DNA of 64,000 nt, from the NCBI GenBank assembly GCA_902763905.1, contig CACWUA010000001.1:66291-130290 (forward strand), given 5' to 3'. Origin of the DNA: an uncultured Pseudomonadota bacterium. Its GTDB lineage: Bacteria; Pseudomonadota; Alphaproteobacteria; RF32; CAG-239. Made by a program: the position numbers and the translations under genes. The notes below the pieces were generated by a model, which was not told where the DNA came from, did not search any database, and saw only the letters and a list, made by a program, of their open reading frames with translations. Of the stretch, positions 18,211 to 27,108 are shown in pieces (within the stretch, counting starts at the first letter, position 1; each line of letters opens with the position of its first letter).

Positions 18211-18216
18211 ACTCCC

Positions 18217-18244
18217 ATATTACAGAAAATATAACAAAAAGCAA
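18217..18244 (-). promoter_or_regulatory. Sigma70-like promoter of RNA copy A
   Basis: Minus sense TTGCTT-N16-TAATAT, with the -10 box 6-7 nt upstream of the first RNA hairpin. Same -35 box and spacing as copy B. Confidence 0.6.
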
Positions 18245-18292
18245 CGAAAATATTTAAGGTATCACCTTTGTTAGACGTTCTGTAATCAAAAC

Positions 18293-18439
18293 AAAAGACC
18301 ACTCAAAAAAGTGGTCGGGAGTTCGAAACTGCCAATAGTCAGTCCGGTCTATTCAATATATTCAACCGGCTCCCCACCAGCGAGGAGTTATTTTCTATTG
18401 GTGAAGCTTCGACACTCCGCAAACAATCTCTTATTTGCA
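18293..18439 (-). ncRNA. Pseudoknotted structured RNA element, copy B (tandem to copy A)
   Basis: Same architecture as copy A with compensatory changes: GCAAA/TTTGC, CCGGT/ACCGG, CGAAGCT/AGTTTCG, CCAATAG/CTATTGG. Identical terminator GACCAC...GTGGTC-TTTT. Confidence 0.8.
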
Positions 18440-18445
18440 ACAGTC

Positions 18446-18473
18446 ATTGTAATCAGTTTGCTTAAAAAAGCAA
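18446..18473 (-). promoter_or_regulatory. Sigma70-like promoter of RNA copy B (divergent from uvrA)
   Basis: Minus sense TTGCTT-N16-TACAAT immediately upstream of the RNA 5' hairpin. Confidence 0.6.
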
Positions 18474-18539
18474 GTTTTATTTATTAAACAGTTGCGAAAT
18501 GCGGTTGATTGGTATATATCGGATACAACGGAGAAAAAA

Positions 18540-21359
18540 ATGGCAGAAAGTAAATATATCGAAATCAAAGGCGCACGACAGCACAATCTTAAAAACGTTA
18601 ATGTAAACATTCCGAAAAACAAACTGACGGTAATTACCGGCTTATCCGGTTCGGGCAAATCGTCATTGGCATTTGATACGATTTATGCCGAGGGGCAGCG
18701 GCGCTATGTGGAAAGTCTGTCGGTATATGCGCGGCAGTTTCTCGATTTAATGAACAAGCCGGATGTCGATTCGATAGAGGGTTTATCGCCGGCTATTTCG
18801 ATTGAGCAAAAAACCGTTTCCCATAATCCGCGTTCTACCGTCGGCACTATTACCGAAATCTATGATTATATGCGTTTGTTGTGGGCGCGTGCCGGCACTC
18901 CGTATTCGCCGGCCACCGGTTTGCCGATTGAAGCTCAGTCTTTAACCCAAATGGTTGATAAAATTTTGGAATACCCGCAGGGCTCAAAACTGATTTTGCT
19001 TTCGCCGATAGCACGCGGCAAAAAAGGCGAATTTAAAAAAGAATTTGCCGAGTTGCAAAAAAAAGGTTTTCAGCGTTTGGATATCGATGGCGAGATTTAT
19101 AACATTGAAGAACTGCCGAATTTAAATAAAAATATCAAACATAATATTGAAGTGGTAGTTGACCGCATTGTGATAAAAGAGGGGATTCAAACCCGTGTGG
19201 CACAATCGGTGGAAACTGCGCTGAAATTGAGTGACGGACTTTTGTATGTAGAGAACATCGGCGATAAATCGCGCACTACGTTTTCTTCTAAATTTGCTTG
19301 TCCGGTGTCGGGATTTACCATAGAAGAAATCGAACCGCGGTTGTTTTCGTTCAACAATCCGCAGGGAGCTTGTCCGCATTGCGGTGGTTTGGGCGCCAGT
19401 TTATATATGGATCCGGAGTTGGTGGTGCCGAATGAAAATCTGAGTCTGGCCGGCGGCGCGATTGCCCCGTGGTCGGTCAGCAGCCATTCGATTTTTTATC
19501 GCCAAACCTTAAATTCTTTGTGTGAATATTTGGATATTTCCAACAAAACCCCGTGGAAAGATTTACCGGCCTATGCACAGGAGACAATTCTCTACGGTTC
19601 CGGCAATCGCTGTGTGCCGATGGTTTTCTCCAAATGGGTATCGGATAAACCGTTTGAGGGCGTGATTCCGAATTTGGAGCGGCGCTTTGTGGAAACCGAT
19701 TCGGCGGCGGTGCGTGATGAACTTTCGCATTATCAATCGGCCGCACCGTGTGAAGTGTGCCACGGCAAGCGCCTCAAACAAGAGGCTTTGGCTGTTAAAA
19801 TTGCCGGACTTGATATTATGGATGCCAGTAATATGTCGGTAAAACAGGCTTTGGCTTGGTTTAGTGGTGTGGAAGAACAATTAACCCCGCAAAAACGTGA
19901 AATTGCCCGCAAAATACTAAAAGAAATCCGCGAAAGATTAAGCTTTTTAAATAATGTCGGACTGGATTATTTAACCTTGTCGCGCCAATCAGGAACGCTC
20001 TCCGGCGGAGAGGCACAGCGGATTCGCTTAGCTTCGCAAATCGGTACGGGATTAACCGGAGTGATGTATGTTTTGGACGAGCCGTCAATCGGTTTGCACC
20101 AACGCGATAACGATAAACTTCTCGACAGTTTGCGCCGTTTGCGCGATATCGGTAATACAGTGATTGTGGTGGAGCACGATGAAGATGCCATGCGTGCTGC
20201 CGATTATCTGGTGGATATGGGGCCTTTGGCAGGTACCAAAGGAGGCGAAGTCACAGCTTGCGGCACGGTGGATGAAGTTTTGCATAATCCAAACAGCCTG
20301 ACTGCCAAATATTTGAACGGCGAAAAAGAAATTACCCTACCGCTTAAGCGCCGTAAAGGTAACGGCAAATTTTTGGAACTTAAAGGCGCACGTACCAATA
20401 ATTTGAAAAACGTTGATTTAAAAATCCCGCTCGGCACTTTTACCTGTGTTACCGGTATTTCCGGCAGCGGTAAATCTTCGCTGATTTTGGAAACGCTGTT
20501 TAAGGCAGTTGATAAAGAAATGAATGGTAGCCGCGTACCACCGGGGCCGTATGATAAACTCATCGGCTTGGAAAATATTGATAAAGTGATAGATATTGAT
20601 CAATCACCGATTGGCAGGACTCCGCGTTCCAATCCGGCCACTTATACCGGTGTGTTTACCAATATTCGCGATTGGTTTGCCGAGTTGCCGGAAGCCAAAG
20701 CACGCGGCTATACTTCGGGCTATTTTTCGTTTAATGTTGCCGGCGGTCGTTGCGAGGCTTGCAAAGGCGACGGCGTGATGAAAATCGAGATGAACTTTTT
20801 GCCGGACGTATATGTTCCGTGCGATGCCTGCCACGGCACGCGTTATAACCGCGAAACACTGGAAGTTAAGTTTAAGGACAAATCGATTGCCGATGTTTTG
20901 GATATGACCATTGACGACGCTTACAAGTTTTTTGAGAACATTCCGGCGATTAAGCGGCGGTTGGATTTGTTGCGCCGTGTGGGTTTGGGATATGTCAAAC
21001 TCGGACAGCCGGCACCGACACTTTCCGGCGGCGAGGCACAACGCATTAAACTTTCCAAAGAGTTGAGCAAAAAAGCCACCGGTAAGACATTATATATCTT
21101 GGATGAGCCTACAACCGGTCTGCATTTTGAGGATATTCAGCACCTGCTTGACGTTTTGGAAATGCTGGTGGATCAGGGCAACACCGTGGTGGTTATCGAA
21201 CATAATCTCGATGTGATAAAAATGGCGGATTATATTGTTGACGTGGGGCCGGAGGGCGGCGACGGCGGCGGCACGATTGTGGCTCAAGGCACACCGGAGG
21301 AAGTAGTGAAAAACAAAAAGAGCTTTACCGGTAAATATCTGAAAGGCAAGTTGAAATAA
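18540..21359 (+). CDS. uvrA: Excinuclease ABC subunit A
   Basis: Canonical start [19 protein letters not shown] preceded by GGAGAAAAAAA. Two ABC modules (GLSGSGKSS and GISGSGKSS Walker A; LSGGEAQRI twice). Zn-finger CxxC pairs ([30 protein letters not shown]). Confidence 0.95.
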   Translation: MAESKYIEIKGARQHNLKNVNVNIPKNKLTVITGLSGSGKSSLAFDTIYAEGQRRYVESLSVYARQFLDLMNKPDVDSIEGLSPAISIEQKTVSHNPRSTVGTITEIYDYMRLLWARAGTPYSPATGLPIEAQSLTQMVDKILEYPQGSKLILLSPIARGKKGEFKKEFAELQKKGFQRLDIDGEIYNIEELPNLNKNIKHNIEVVVDRIVIKEGIQTRVAQSVETALKLSDGLLYVENIGDKSRTTFSSKFACPVSGFTIEEIEPRLFSFNNPQGACPHCGGLGASLYMDPELVVPNENLSLAGGAIAPWSVSSHSIFYRQTLNSLCEYLDISNKTPWKDLPAYAQETILYGSGNRCVPMVFSKWVSDKPFEGVIPNLERRFVETDSAAVRDELSHYQSAAPCEVCHGKRLKQEALAVKIAGLDIMDASNMSVKQALAWFSGVEEQLTPQKREIARKILKEIRERLSFLNNVGLDYLTLSRQSGTLSGGEAQRIRLASQIGTGLTGVMYVLDEPSIGLHQRDNDKLLDSLRRLRDIGNTVIVVEHDEDAMRAADYLVDMGPLAGTKGGEVTACGTVDEVLHNPNSLTAKYLNGEKEITLPLKRRKGNGKFLELKGARTNNLKNVDLKIPLGTFTCVTGISGSGKSSLILETLFKAVDKEMNGSRVPPGPYDKLIGLENIDKVIDIDQSPIGRTPRSNPATYTGVFTNIRDWFAELPEAKARGYTSGYFSFNVAGGRCEACKGDGVMKIEMNFLPDVYVPCDACHGTRYNRETLEVKFKDKSIADVLDMTIDDAYKFFENIPAIKRRLDLLRRVGLGYVKLGQPAPTLSGGEAQRIKLSKELSKKATGKTLYILDEPTTGLHFEDIQHLLDVLEMLVDQGNTVVVIEHNLDVIKMADYIVDVGPEGGDGGGTIVAQGTPEEVVKNKKSFTGKYLKGKLK

Positions 21360-21365
21360 ATGGCT

Positions 21366-21590
21366 TTATTCAATCACGATTCGTATTTCTTTGCCGTAAA
21401 AATCGAGTAAAAGCCGGTAATATCGGAAAGGTAAGCACTTACCATTTTCCATACGTTTTAATGTTTTGAGTTTAAGGTGGGTGGCGGCTTGCAAATCCTC
21501 TATGCTGAGTTGACGCTCAAGACGCAACTGCTTAAGCTGCGAACAAATATCTGTTAAAACTTTTTTACTAAGCAAATTATGTGAACTCAT
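21366..21590 (-). CDS. Small XRE-family helix-turn-helix protein (74 aa), paralog 2
   Basis: LKQLRLERQLSIEDLQAATHLKLKTLKRMENGKCLP. AAGGAG RBS. Stop codon only 6 nt from the uvrA stop (convergent). Confidence 0.85.
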   Translation of the reverse strand: MSSHNLLSKKVLTDICSQLKQLRLERQLSIEDLQAATHLKLKTLKRMENGKCLPFRYYRLLLDFYGKEIRIVIE

Positions 21591-21617
21591 ATTTTTTAAC
21601 TCCTTTTTGTTATATTA

Positions 21618-21762
21618 AAAAACCACCCTAAATTCCTTTAAGGTGGGGAGTTCGTAACTGTAAGAGAACAGTCTGATTTATTCAATATATTCATCAGCTC
21701 CCCATAATAGAGGAGTTATTTTCTCTTAAGGAGCTACGACACTCCGCAGACAATCTCTTGGC
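21618..21762 (-). ncRNA. Pseudoknotted structured RNA element, copy C
   Basis: Same block order. Compensatory helices CTGAT/ATCAG, CGTAGCT/AGTTACG, TAAGAGAA/TTCTCTTA. Terminator CCACC-ttaaaggaatttag-GGTGG-TTTTTT. Perfect TATAAT (plus 21769-21774) just upstream of the 5' hairpin. Confidence 0.75.
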
Positions 21763-21850
21763 TGCAAGATTATACTAAACAATTTGCAATAAAAGGGCAA
21801 GCAAAAAATTTTGAGCTTGCATTTTTTGCTTATTTTTATATGTTTGAATT

Positions 21851-22408
21851 ATGACTGATAAAACCGAAAAAATATTGCTGCTTTCTTGCTGTGCGCCGTG
21901 TTCGTGCGCCGTGATTAAAACGCTAGCCGAAGCGGGGCGTGATTTTGCGGTGATGTTTTATAATCCCAACATTCGCCCTTATGCCGAATATGTTAAGCGC
22001 CGCGATGAAAATGAGCGCGTGTGCAAACTTTATGATGTGCCGTTTATTGAGTTGGAATACGATAACAAACGATGGTGTGAATTAACCCGCGGCTTGGAAA
22101 ACGAGCCGGAGCGCGGCAAACGTTGTTCAATTTGCTTTTATATGCGCCTGAAAAGAGCAATGGAATATGCCAAAGCCAGCGGTTATACAGCGGTGGCATC
22201 GGTTTTAGGCGTGTCGCGCTGGAAAAATCTGGCACAGGTTAATGAGGCGGCATATAAAGCGGCGGCGGAAACGGATTTCCCGTATTTGGAAATTGAGGGG
22301 CGCAAACACGGTATGCAGGAACTTCGCGCCGCTCTTATCAAAGAATTGAATTTATATAATCAAAACTATTGCGGTTGCAAGCCGCTTATCAAACAGGAGG
22401 AAAAATAG
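21851..22408 (+). CDS. queH: Epoxyqueuosine reductase QueH (DUF208)
   Basis: LLLSCCAPCSCAV near the N-terminus, KRCSICF, and C-terminal NYCGC: the Cys pattern of QueH. 185 aa. Confidence 0.8.
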   Translation: MTDKTEKILLLSCCAPCSCAVIKTLAEAGRDFAVMFYNPNIRPYAEYVKRRDENERVCKLYDVPFIELEYDNKRWCELTRGLENEPERGKRCSICFYMRLKRAMEYAKASGYTAVASVLGVSRWKNLAQVNEAAYKAAAETDFPYLEIEGRKHGMQELRAALIKELNLYNQNYCGCKPLIKQEEK

Positions 22409-23389
22409 ATGCAAAAAATTATTCCGGAGAAGTTGCAAAAAGGCGATAAAATAATGATAATTGCGCCGTCACGCGGGCTGAAACTCATCGGGCAGGATTG
22501 TCGGGAAATTGCCGTCAAACGTTTTAATGATATGGGATTAACTGTCGAATTTGCCCCGAATACCACTGATGAAAATTGGAATATGCAAGGCTGCGGTTCT
22601 ATTGAACAACGTGCCGCGGATATTATGACCGCCTTTAAGGATAAGTCGGTTAAGGCGATTTTTACGGTTATCGGCGGCTTTAACAGCAATCAGATTTTGT
22701 CGCATTTGAATTATGATGTGATTAAAGCTAACCCGAAGATTATTTGCGGCTTTTCGGATATTACGGCGGTTTTGGGCGCTATTTCCGCCCGCACCGGATT
22801 AGAAACCTATTACGGACCGCATTTTAGCTCAATCGGTATGAAAAAAGGTTGCGAATACACACTTGACTATTTGCAAAAAATGCTGTTTGCCGATTCGCCG
22901 GTGGAAGTAAGTCCGTCTGCCGAATGGAGCGATGATTTGTGGTTTTTGGATCAAGAAAAGCGCGAATTTATCAAAAATGAAGGCTTTTGGAATATTCACA
23001 ACGGCAAGGCCGAGGGTACGATTGTCGGCGGCAATTTGGGAACGTATAATTTGTTGCTCGGCACGTCGTATCGACCGGAATTTCCTAAAGATACGATTTT
23101 GATGATTGAGGATGCTTGCGATTCAAGCGATGTGGTATTTGACCGCAATTTGCAGGCGCTTTGCCATCAACCGGATTTTAAAAATGTTAAAGGCATTGTT
23201 ATCGGACGCTTTCAAAAAGGCTCGAAAATGTCGCGTGAAATGCTGGAGTTTATTATCAACAATAAGCCGGAGTTGAAAAATATTCCGGTGCTGGCGAATG
23301 TCGACTACGGGCACACCACGCCGATTATCACCATTCCGCTCGGCGGCACGGCCACGCTTGATAACGGCAAACTGACGATAGAAAAATAA
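22409..23389 (+). CDS. LD-carboxypeptidase (peptidase S66, LdcA/MccF-like)
   Basis: GFSDITAV (nucleophile Ser motif), later IEDA and VDYGHTTP (catalytic Glu/His region). 326 aa. Confidence 0.8.
   Translation: MQKIIPEKLQKGDKIMIIAPSRGLKLIGQDCREIAVKRFNDMGLTVEFAPNTTDENWNMQGCGSIEQRAADIMTAFKDKSVKAIFTVIGGFNSNQILSHLNYDVIKANPKIICGFSDITAVLGAISARTGLETYYGPHFSSIGMKKGCEYTLDYLQKMLFADSPVEVSPSAEWSDDLWFLDQEKREFIKNEGFWNIHNGKAEGTIVGGNLGTYNLLLGTSYRPEFPKDTILMIEDACDSSDVVFDRNLQALCHQPDFKNVKGIVIGRFQKGSKMSREMLEFIINNKPELKNIPVLANVDYGHTTPIITIPLGGTATLDNGKLTIEK
23360..23389. repeat. Left copy of a 30-bp perfect direct repeat (3' end of the LD-carboxypeptidase gene)
   Basis: GATAACGGCAAACTGACGATAGAAAAATAA is identical to 27109..27138. 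Confidence 0.9.
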
Positions 23390-23460
23390 GTGTTGCCGGA
23401 TAGGCAGAATAAAACCAAAAACGCCACCGTTTGACGATGGCGCTTTTTTGGGGCTGAAAA

Positions 23461-24564
23461 TTACCTCCCTCGTCCGATTTGTTTTACATGTTGCTGACCG
23501 TCGCGGGTTGTAGTTACGATATAGGTGTCGGTAACGGTTTTGTGATAGCGGTGACCGATGCCGTAATTTTTGCGGCGGCTTTTATGTATGATTTGTGTAG
23601 CGATTTCTTCCGGCGCCAAATATTTTTCATGCGGTTCGCGCAACATTAATTTAGCCGCAACAGCCGGATGTACGGCATAAGGATTGACCGCCGTGGTGTC
23701 TTTGCTGCCGTCTTCATTGGTGGTAATTTCCATACCGGCCGGAAATTCGCTGCCATAGCCGCCGACAATCCATATTTGTTCGCCGTTTTCGTTTTGATGA
23801 ACGTCTTTACCTATATAAACGTAACCCAAAGCGGCTCTCATTTCCTTACCGTAGGTTTCTGTCAGTTGAATATAAGTTTCTTTAACCTGAGTTGCAAATT
23901 TATTCAATTCGGAATTACCGCGTTTGCGTGATGCATCACACGTCGGCTCATTAAATTTACGCATCAACGCCTCCCATTCCGGTTCGCCACGATTCAGTCT
24001 GGCTTTAACCATATCTATGGCACTGATGTCGCGCTTGTTTTCAATTTGGGTGCGGATACTCGGTTCGCCCAACAGGTACATGGCAATTTCATACGCTTTT
24101 GAAGTAGGGTTGCAATATTCAACCACATTCATCAACGCGGTGTTTCCTGATTTATCGCCCTGAGCGTTAACATCAGCGCCGTTTTCGAGCGCTGTTTTTA
24201 CGCCTTCCAAATCACCGCAGGCCGCCGCTTGCAACAAGGTTGCATCAACTTCGCTTTGCATTTGCTTTAAGCTGTCGAGTGCTTGCTGATATTGCATCAG
24301 GCGAAATTGATATTTTTCTCTAATCAGTTTTATTTTGGTTGAATCCGTAAAGCGCTCGGCATATTCTTGTTTTATGCACATATTTTCATAAGGCGAGGCC
24401 ATAATTGAATCCGCGGTCGGGTTACGTTTTTGCACCAAATCTTTACCTTCCTGTTCCGGTTTTTTCAATATTTCATCACAACTTGTCATAGTCGAGCCTG
24501 CGGTGAACAATCCTCCTATAACGATGGTGGCTTGTAACATTTTATTTTTCAATTCTTTAAACAT
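23461..24564 (-). CDS. Ankyrin-repeat lipoprotein
   Basis: Signal with lipobox-like TMTSC. LQAAACGDLEGVKTALENGADVNAQGDKSGNTALMNVV plus a following repeat are ankyrin-repeat consensus. Confidence 0.75.
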   Translation of the reverse strand: MFKELKNKMLQATIVIGGLFTAGSTMTSCDEILKKPEQEGKDLVQKRNPTADSIMASPYENMCIKQEYAERFTDSTKIKLIREKYQFRLMQYQQALDSLKQMQSEVDATLLQAAACGDLEGVKTALENGADVNAQGDKSGNTALMNVVEYCNPTSKAYEIAMYLLGEPSIRTQIENKRDISAIDMVKARLNRGEPEWEALMRKFNEPTCDASRKRGNSELNKFATQVKETYIQLTETYGKEMRAALGYVYIGKDVHQNENGEQIWIVGGYGSEFPAGMEITTNEDGSKDTTAVNPYAVHPAVAAKLMLREPHEKYLAPEEIATQIIHKSRRKNYGIGHRYHKTVTDTYIVTTTRDGQQHVKQIGRGR

Positions 24565-24584
24565 AATTTTTCTCCTTTATATAC

Positions 24585-25574
24585 TTATTTATGGCCGCTG
24601 ATGGTATGTGAACGAGCCAGATTGGTGGCCACCGTAAAGTTGACATGGCTCGGTTGTTCGTGCGGTTTATTGTATTCTACCGCAAACTGCATTCCGCCTT
24701 TTCCGATACCGCCGCGGACCGATAAGTCTCTGTCCTGAGTGATGACGGTTTCGACAATGGATTTCCAGCCGCGGCGCAAGTCGTACCACGCGCGCGCCCC
24801 CAAGTTGCCGTAATGTTGTTTGGCATCGTAGTGGCCGAAGATTTTAGCGCCGTATGCTTTGCTGCGGATACCGATTGAACCGAGCAGTTGGCGATGTTCA
24901 CCACCCATACGCATGGCAGCGGTCATATCGAGTTTTACACCGCTGTTTTCCAAGAGGGTTAAGCCGCATTTGGCCCAAAAGTCGGACTTTTTCGGATTAG
25001 GCACCACATAAAAACCGTCACCGGCGCTGCCTATCATACCGAGCTCAATGAACTGCCCGCCTTTTTCGTAGCCGAAGACGATACGGTCGCTGGCATTGCC
25101 GAAACGGCCGATGTCATAAGCGTCGGCATAATAACTGAGCGGGTTATCAAATACAGCTCCGGCCTCGGTAGCCTCACGACCGGCCTTAAAGGTAATTACG
25201 GCACCGTTGCCGAGTTGCTTACCCAATTCAAGCATAAATTTAATGGTAATCGCCGACCATGCTTCGTTGCTGTAAATAATGCCTTCCTGACCGGAAAGTT
25301 GCGCATAATCACCGCGGCTGTTTGCGGCTCTTGCCATAAATGACGGGGCAAAGTCGTTATAAAAAGTTGTCTTGCCTTCTTCCACGGTTAAGCCGGAAAT
25401 GTCGGCGGCATTAAGGGTTAAAGATATACGGTCAATGTTGCGGTCTGAAACCGGTTGCGTAGCCTTTTGCTCTTGGGCAACGGCAGTGGCTGCGGTTAAA
25501 AGCAGAGTGTTTATAACAAAGTTGCGCAAGTTGAATTGTTCCATAACGCTGTTTGATTTAGATTGTTCTCTCAT
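24585..25574 (-). CDS. Secreted/outer-membrane protein of unknown function, paralog 1
   Basis: Signal peptide ...NTLLLTAATAVA-QEQK. Collinear similarity to ORF 25624..26610 along the full length (FMLELGKQLGNGAVITFKAGREATE vs FMLELGRLTGNGGVITFKAGREKTE). Confidence 0.7.
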   Translation of the reverse strand: MREQSKSNSVMEQFNLRNFVINTLLLTAATAVAQEQKATQPVSDRNIDRISLTLNAADISGLTVEEGKTTFYNDFAPSFMARAANSRGDYAQLSGQEGIIYSNEAWSAITIKFMLELGKQLGNGAVITFKAGREATEAGAVFDNPLSYYADAYDIGRFGNASDRIVFGYEKGGQFIELGMIGSAGDGFYVVPNPKKSDFWAKCGLTLLENSGVKLDMTAAMRMGGEHRQLLGSIGIRSKAYGAKIFGHYDAKQHYGNLGARAWYDLRRGWKSIVETVITQDRDLSVRGGIGKGGMQFAVEYNKPHEQPSHVNFTVATNLARSHTISGHK

Positions 25575-25623
25575 TTTTCTTCTCCATTTAGAAATGTAAA
25601 TTTAATTAAAAACCATATTATTT

Positions 25624-26610
25624 TCATACCAAGCTTGAGTGTGCAAAACGCGTAGCCACCGTTATATTGGCGTATGACGATTGGCCCTTCGGTTTGCCGT
25701 ATTCCACGGAAAACTGCATACCTGATTTGCCGATGCCGCTGCGGATATATAAATCGCGATTTTGGTTGAATATGGTTTCGGCAATTATCTGCCAACCGTT
25801 TTTAAAATCTTTCCATGCGCGCAGACCGATATTGCCTTTTTTCTCGGCAAAATCGTAGTTACCCAAAAATCCGGCACCGAAACCTGAACGTTCGGATATG
25901 CCGATGGAACTTAACAGCTGTTTGTGTTTGCTACCAAAGCGCACCGCTCCGCTCATATTGAGTTTGACACTGCTTTTTTCTAAGAGAGTTAAACCGCTCT
26001 TGGCCCAAAAATCGGCATGTTTCGGATTCGGTATAACGAAAAATCCGTCGCCGTTTTTGCCGATGATGCCGAGTTCGATAAAACGATTGCCTTTTTGATA
26101 TCCGAAAACCAGCCTTTCCGCGCTGTTGGCCATCTGGTAGGCATCGCGGGAGTCGGCATAATATTCGAGGGCGTGGTCAAACAAGGCCGCACCTTCGGTT
26201 TTTTCGCGGCCGGCTTTGAAAGTGATTACGCCGCCGTTACCGGTTAATCTGCCGAGTTCCAGCATAAATTTGGATGTAATCGGAGTAAAGTTTTTATCTT
26301 CCAGAATTAAGACTTCCATTGCCTTAAGCTGAGCATAATCGCCGTGCGTGTTTTGAACACGCGCCGTCAAATTCGGTCTTAAATCGTTGTAAAATACGGT
26401 TTTATCCTGTTTAAGCGTCAATGCGGCAATATTTTCCGCACCGAGCGTCAAGGTCAGCTTGTCCGGCCGAACGTCGGAATATGTTTGCGGAACTTTTTGT
26501 TCCTGGGCAAAGGCCGCAGTAGTAGCGGTCAAAAGTAAAGTTTTTAAAATAAGTTTACATATATCAAAATTTTTTGTTTCCTGCGTACAGGGGTGGGGGT
26601 CATCACTCAT
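25624..26610 (-). CDS. Secreted/outer-membrane protein of unknown function, paralog 2
   Basis: AGGAGG RBS. MSDDPHPC n-region, then the signal peptide KTLLLTATTAAFA-QEQK. Tandem paralog of 24585..25574. Confidence 0.7.
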   Translation of the reverse strand: MSDDPHPCTQETKNFDICKLILKTLLLTATTAAFAQEQKVPQTYSDVRPDKLTLTLGAENIAALTLKQDKTVFYNDLRPNLTARVQNTHGDYAQLKAMEVLILEDKNFTPITSKFMLELGRLTGNGGVITFKAGREKTEGAALFDHALEYYADSRDAYQMANSAERLVFGYQKGNRFIELGIIGKNGDGFFVIPNPKHADFWAKSGLTLLEKSSVKLNMSGAVRFGSKHKQLLSSIGISERSGFGAGFLGNYDFAEKKGNIGLRAWKDFKNGWQIIAETIFNQNRDLYIRSGIGKSGMQFSVEYGKPKGQSSYANITVATRFAHSSLV

Positions 26611-26715
26611 TTTTTCCTCCTAATTTGTGTTGAATGACATTTTTAACGAGAATAATCGCTATCTGAATAGTTATGATTCGTCGGTAATCGGACGTGCGTT
26701 AAAGCAATGCGATTT

Positions 26716-27015
26716 TCAAATTAAAGAAAATCGTCTGTTTTGGAGTCTTTGTTTCCAAACAGCTGTGCGCATCCGTTGCACCTTTTTTGCGGGCGCAACC
26801 AAAAACGGTCTTAAATCATCAGAAAAGATTATCTTGTTTTGATTAAGAGTAAAAACGGCGATATTAACCGTATTTAAAACAGATGAACCGCAATGTTCAT
26901 CGGATATAATCTGCGGAACATTTTGTTCCTGAATATGAACCGCCGCAGCGGACATTTTAATAAAATTGCGAATGTGGCTCGTCACCTTCATACAGGGGTG
27001 GGGGTCATCACTCAT
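26716..27015 (-). pseudogene. Truncated third copy of the secreted-protein paralog family
   Basis: The 5' end is nearly identical at nucleotide level to paralog 2 (ACAGGGGTGGGGGTCATCACTCAT plus RBS). Translation MSDDPHPC...QEQNVPQIISD...FSDDLRP follows the family, then diverges and stops. Only about 400 nt of space remains for a roughly 990-nt gene. Confidence 0.6.
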
Positions 27016-27108
27016 TATTTGCCTCCATAGTTGTTAATGACAAGGTCAATATAACTTATTTCTTCTAATTTGTCAATATATATCCGAAAATTATTTTTTT
27101 GTCCTGTC

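Noticed and set aside
18492-18539. ORF-track N-terminal extension of uvrA ([16 protein letters not shown]...)
   Set aside because: UvrA proteins start at the conserved M-x-x-x-x-I-x-I-x-G-A-R-x-H-N-L-K block, which here begins at ATG 18540 and is preceded by GGAGAAAAAAA. The extension is just the upstream open frame and lies in the divergent promoter region.
21690-21700. CTGATGA in RNA copy C as a hammerhead ribozyme core
   Set aside because: The heptamer is produced by the compensatory change in the central hairpin of copy C only. Copies A and B read CCGGCTGAAT and CCGGTTGAAT, and no GAAA or conserved hammerhead stems accompany it.
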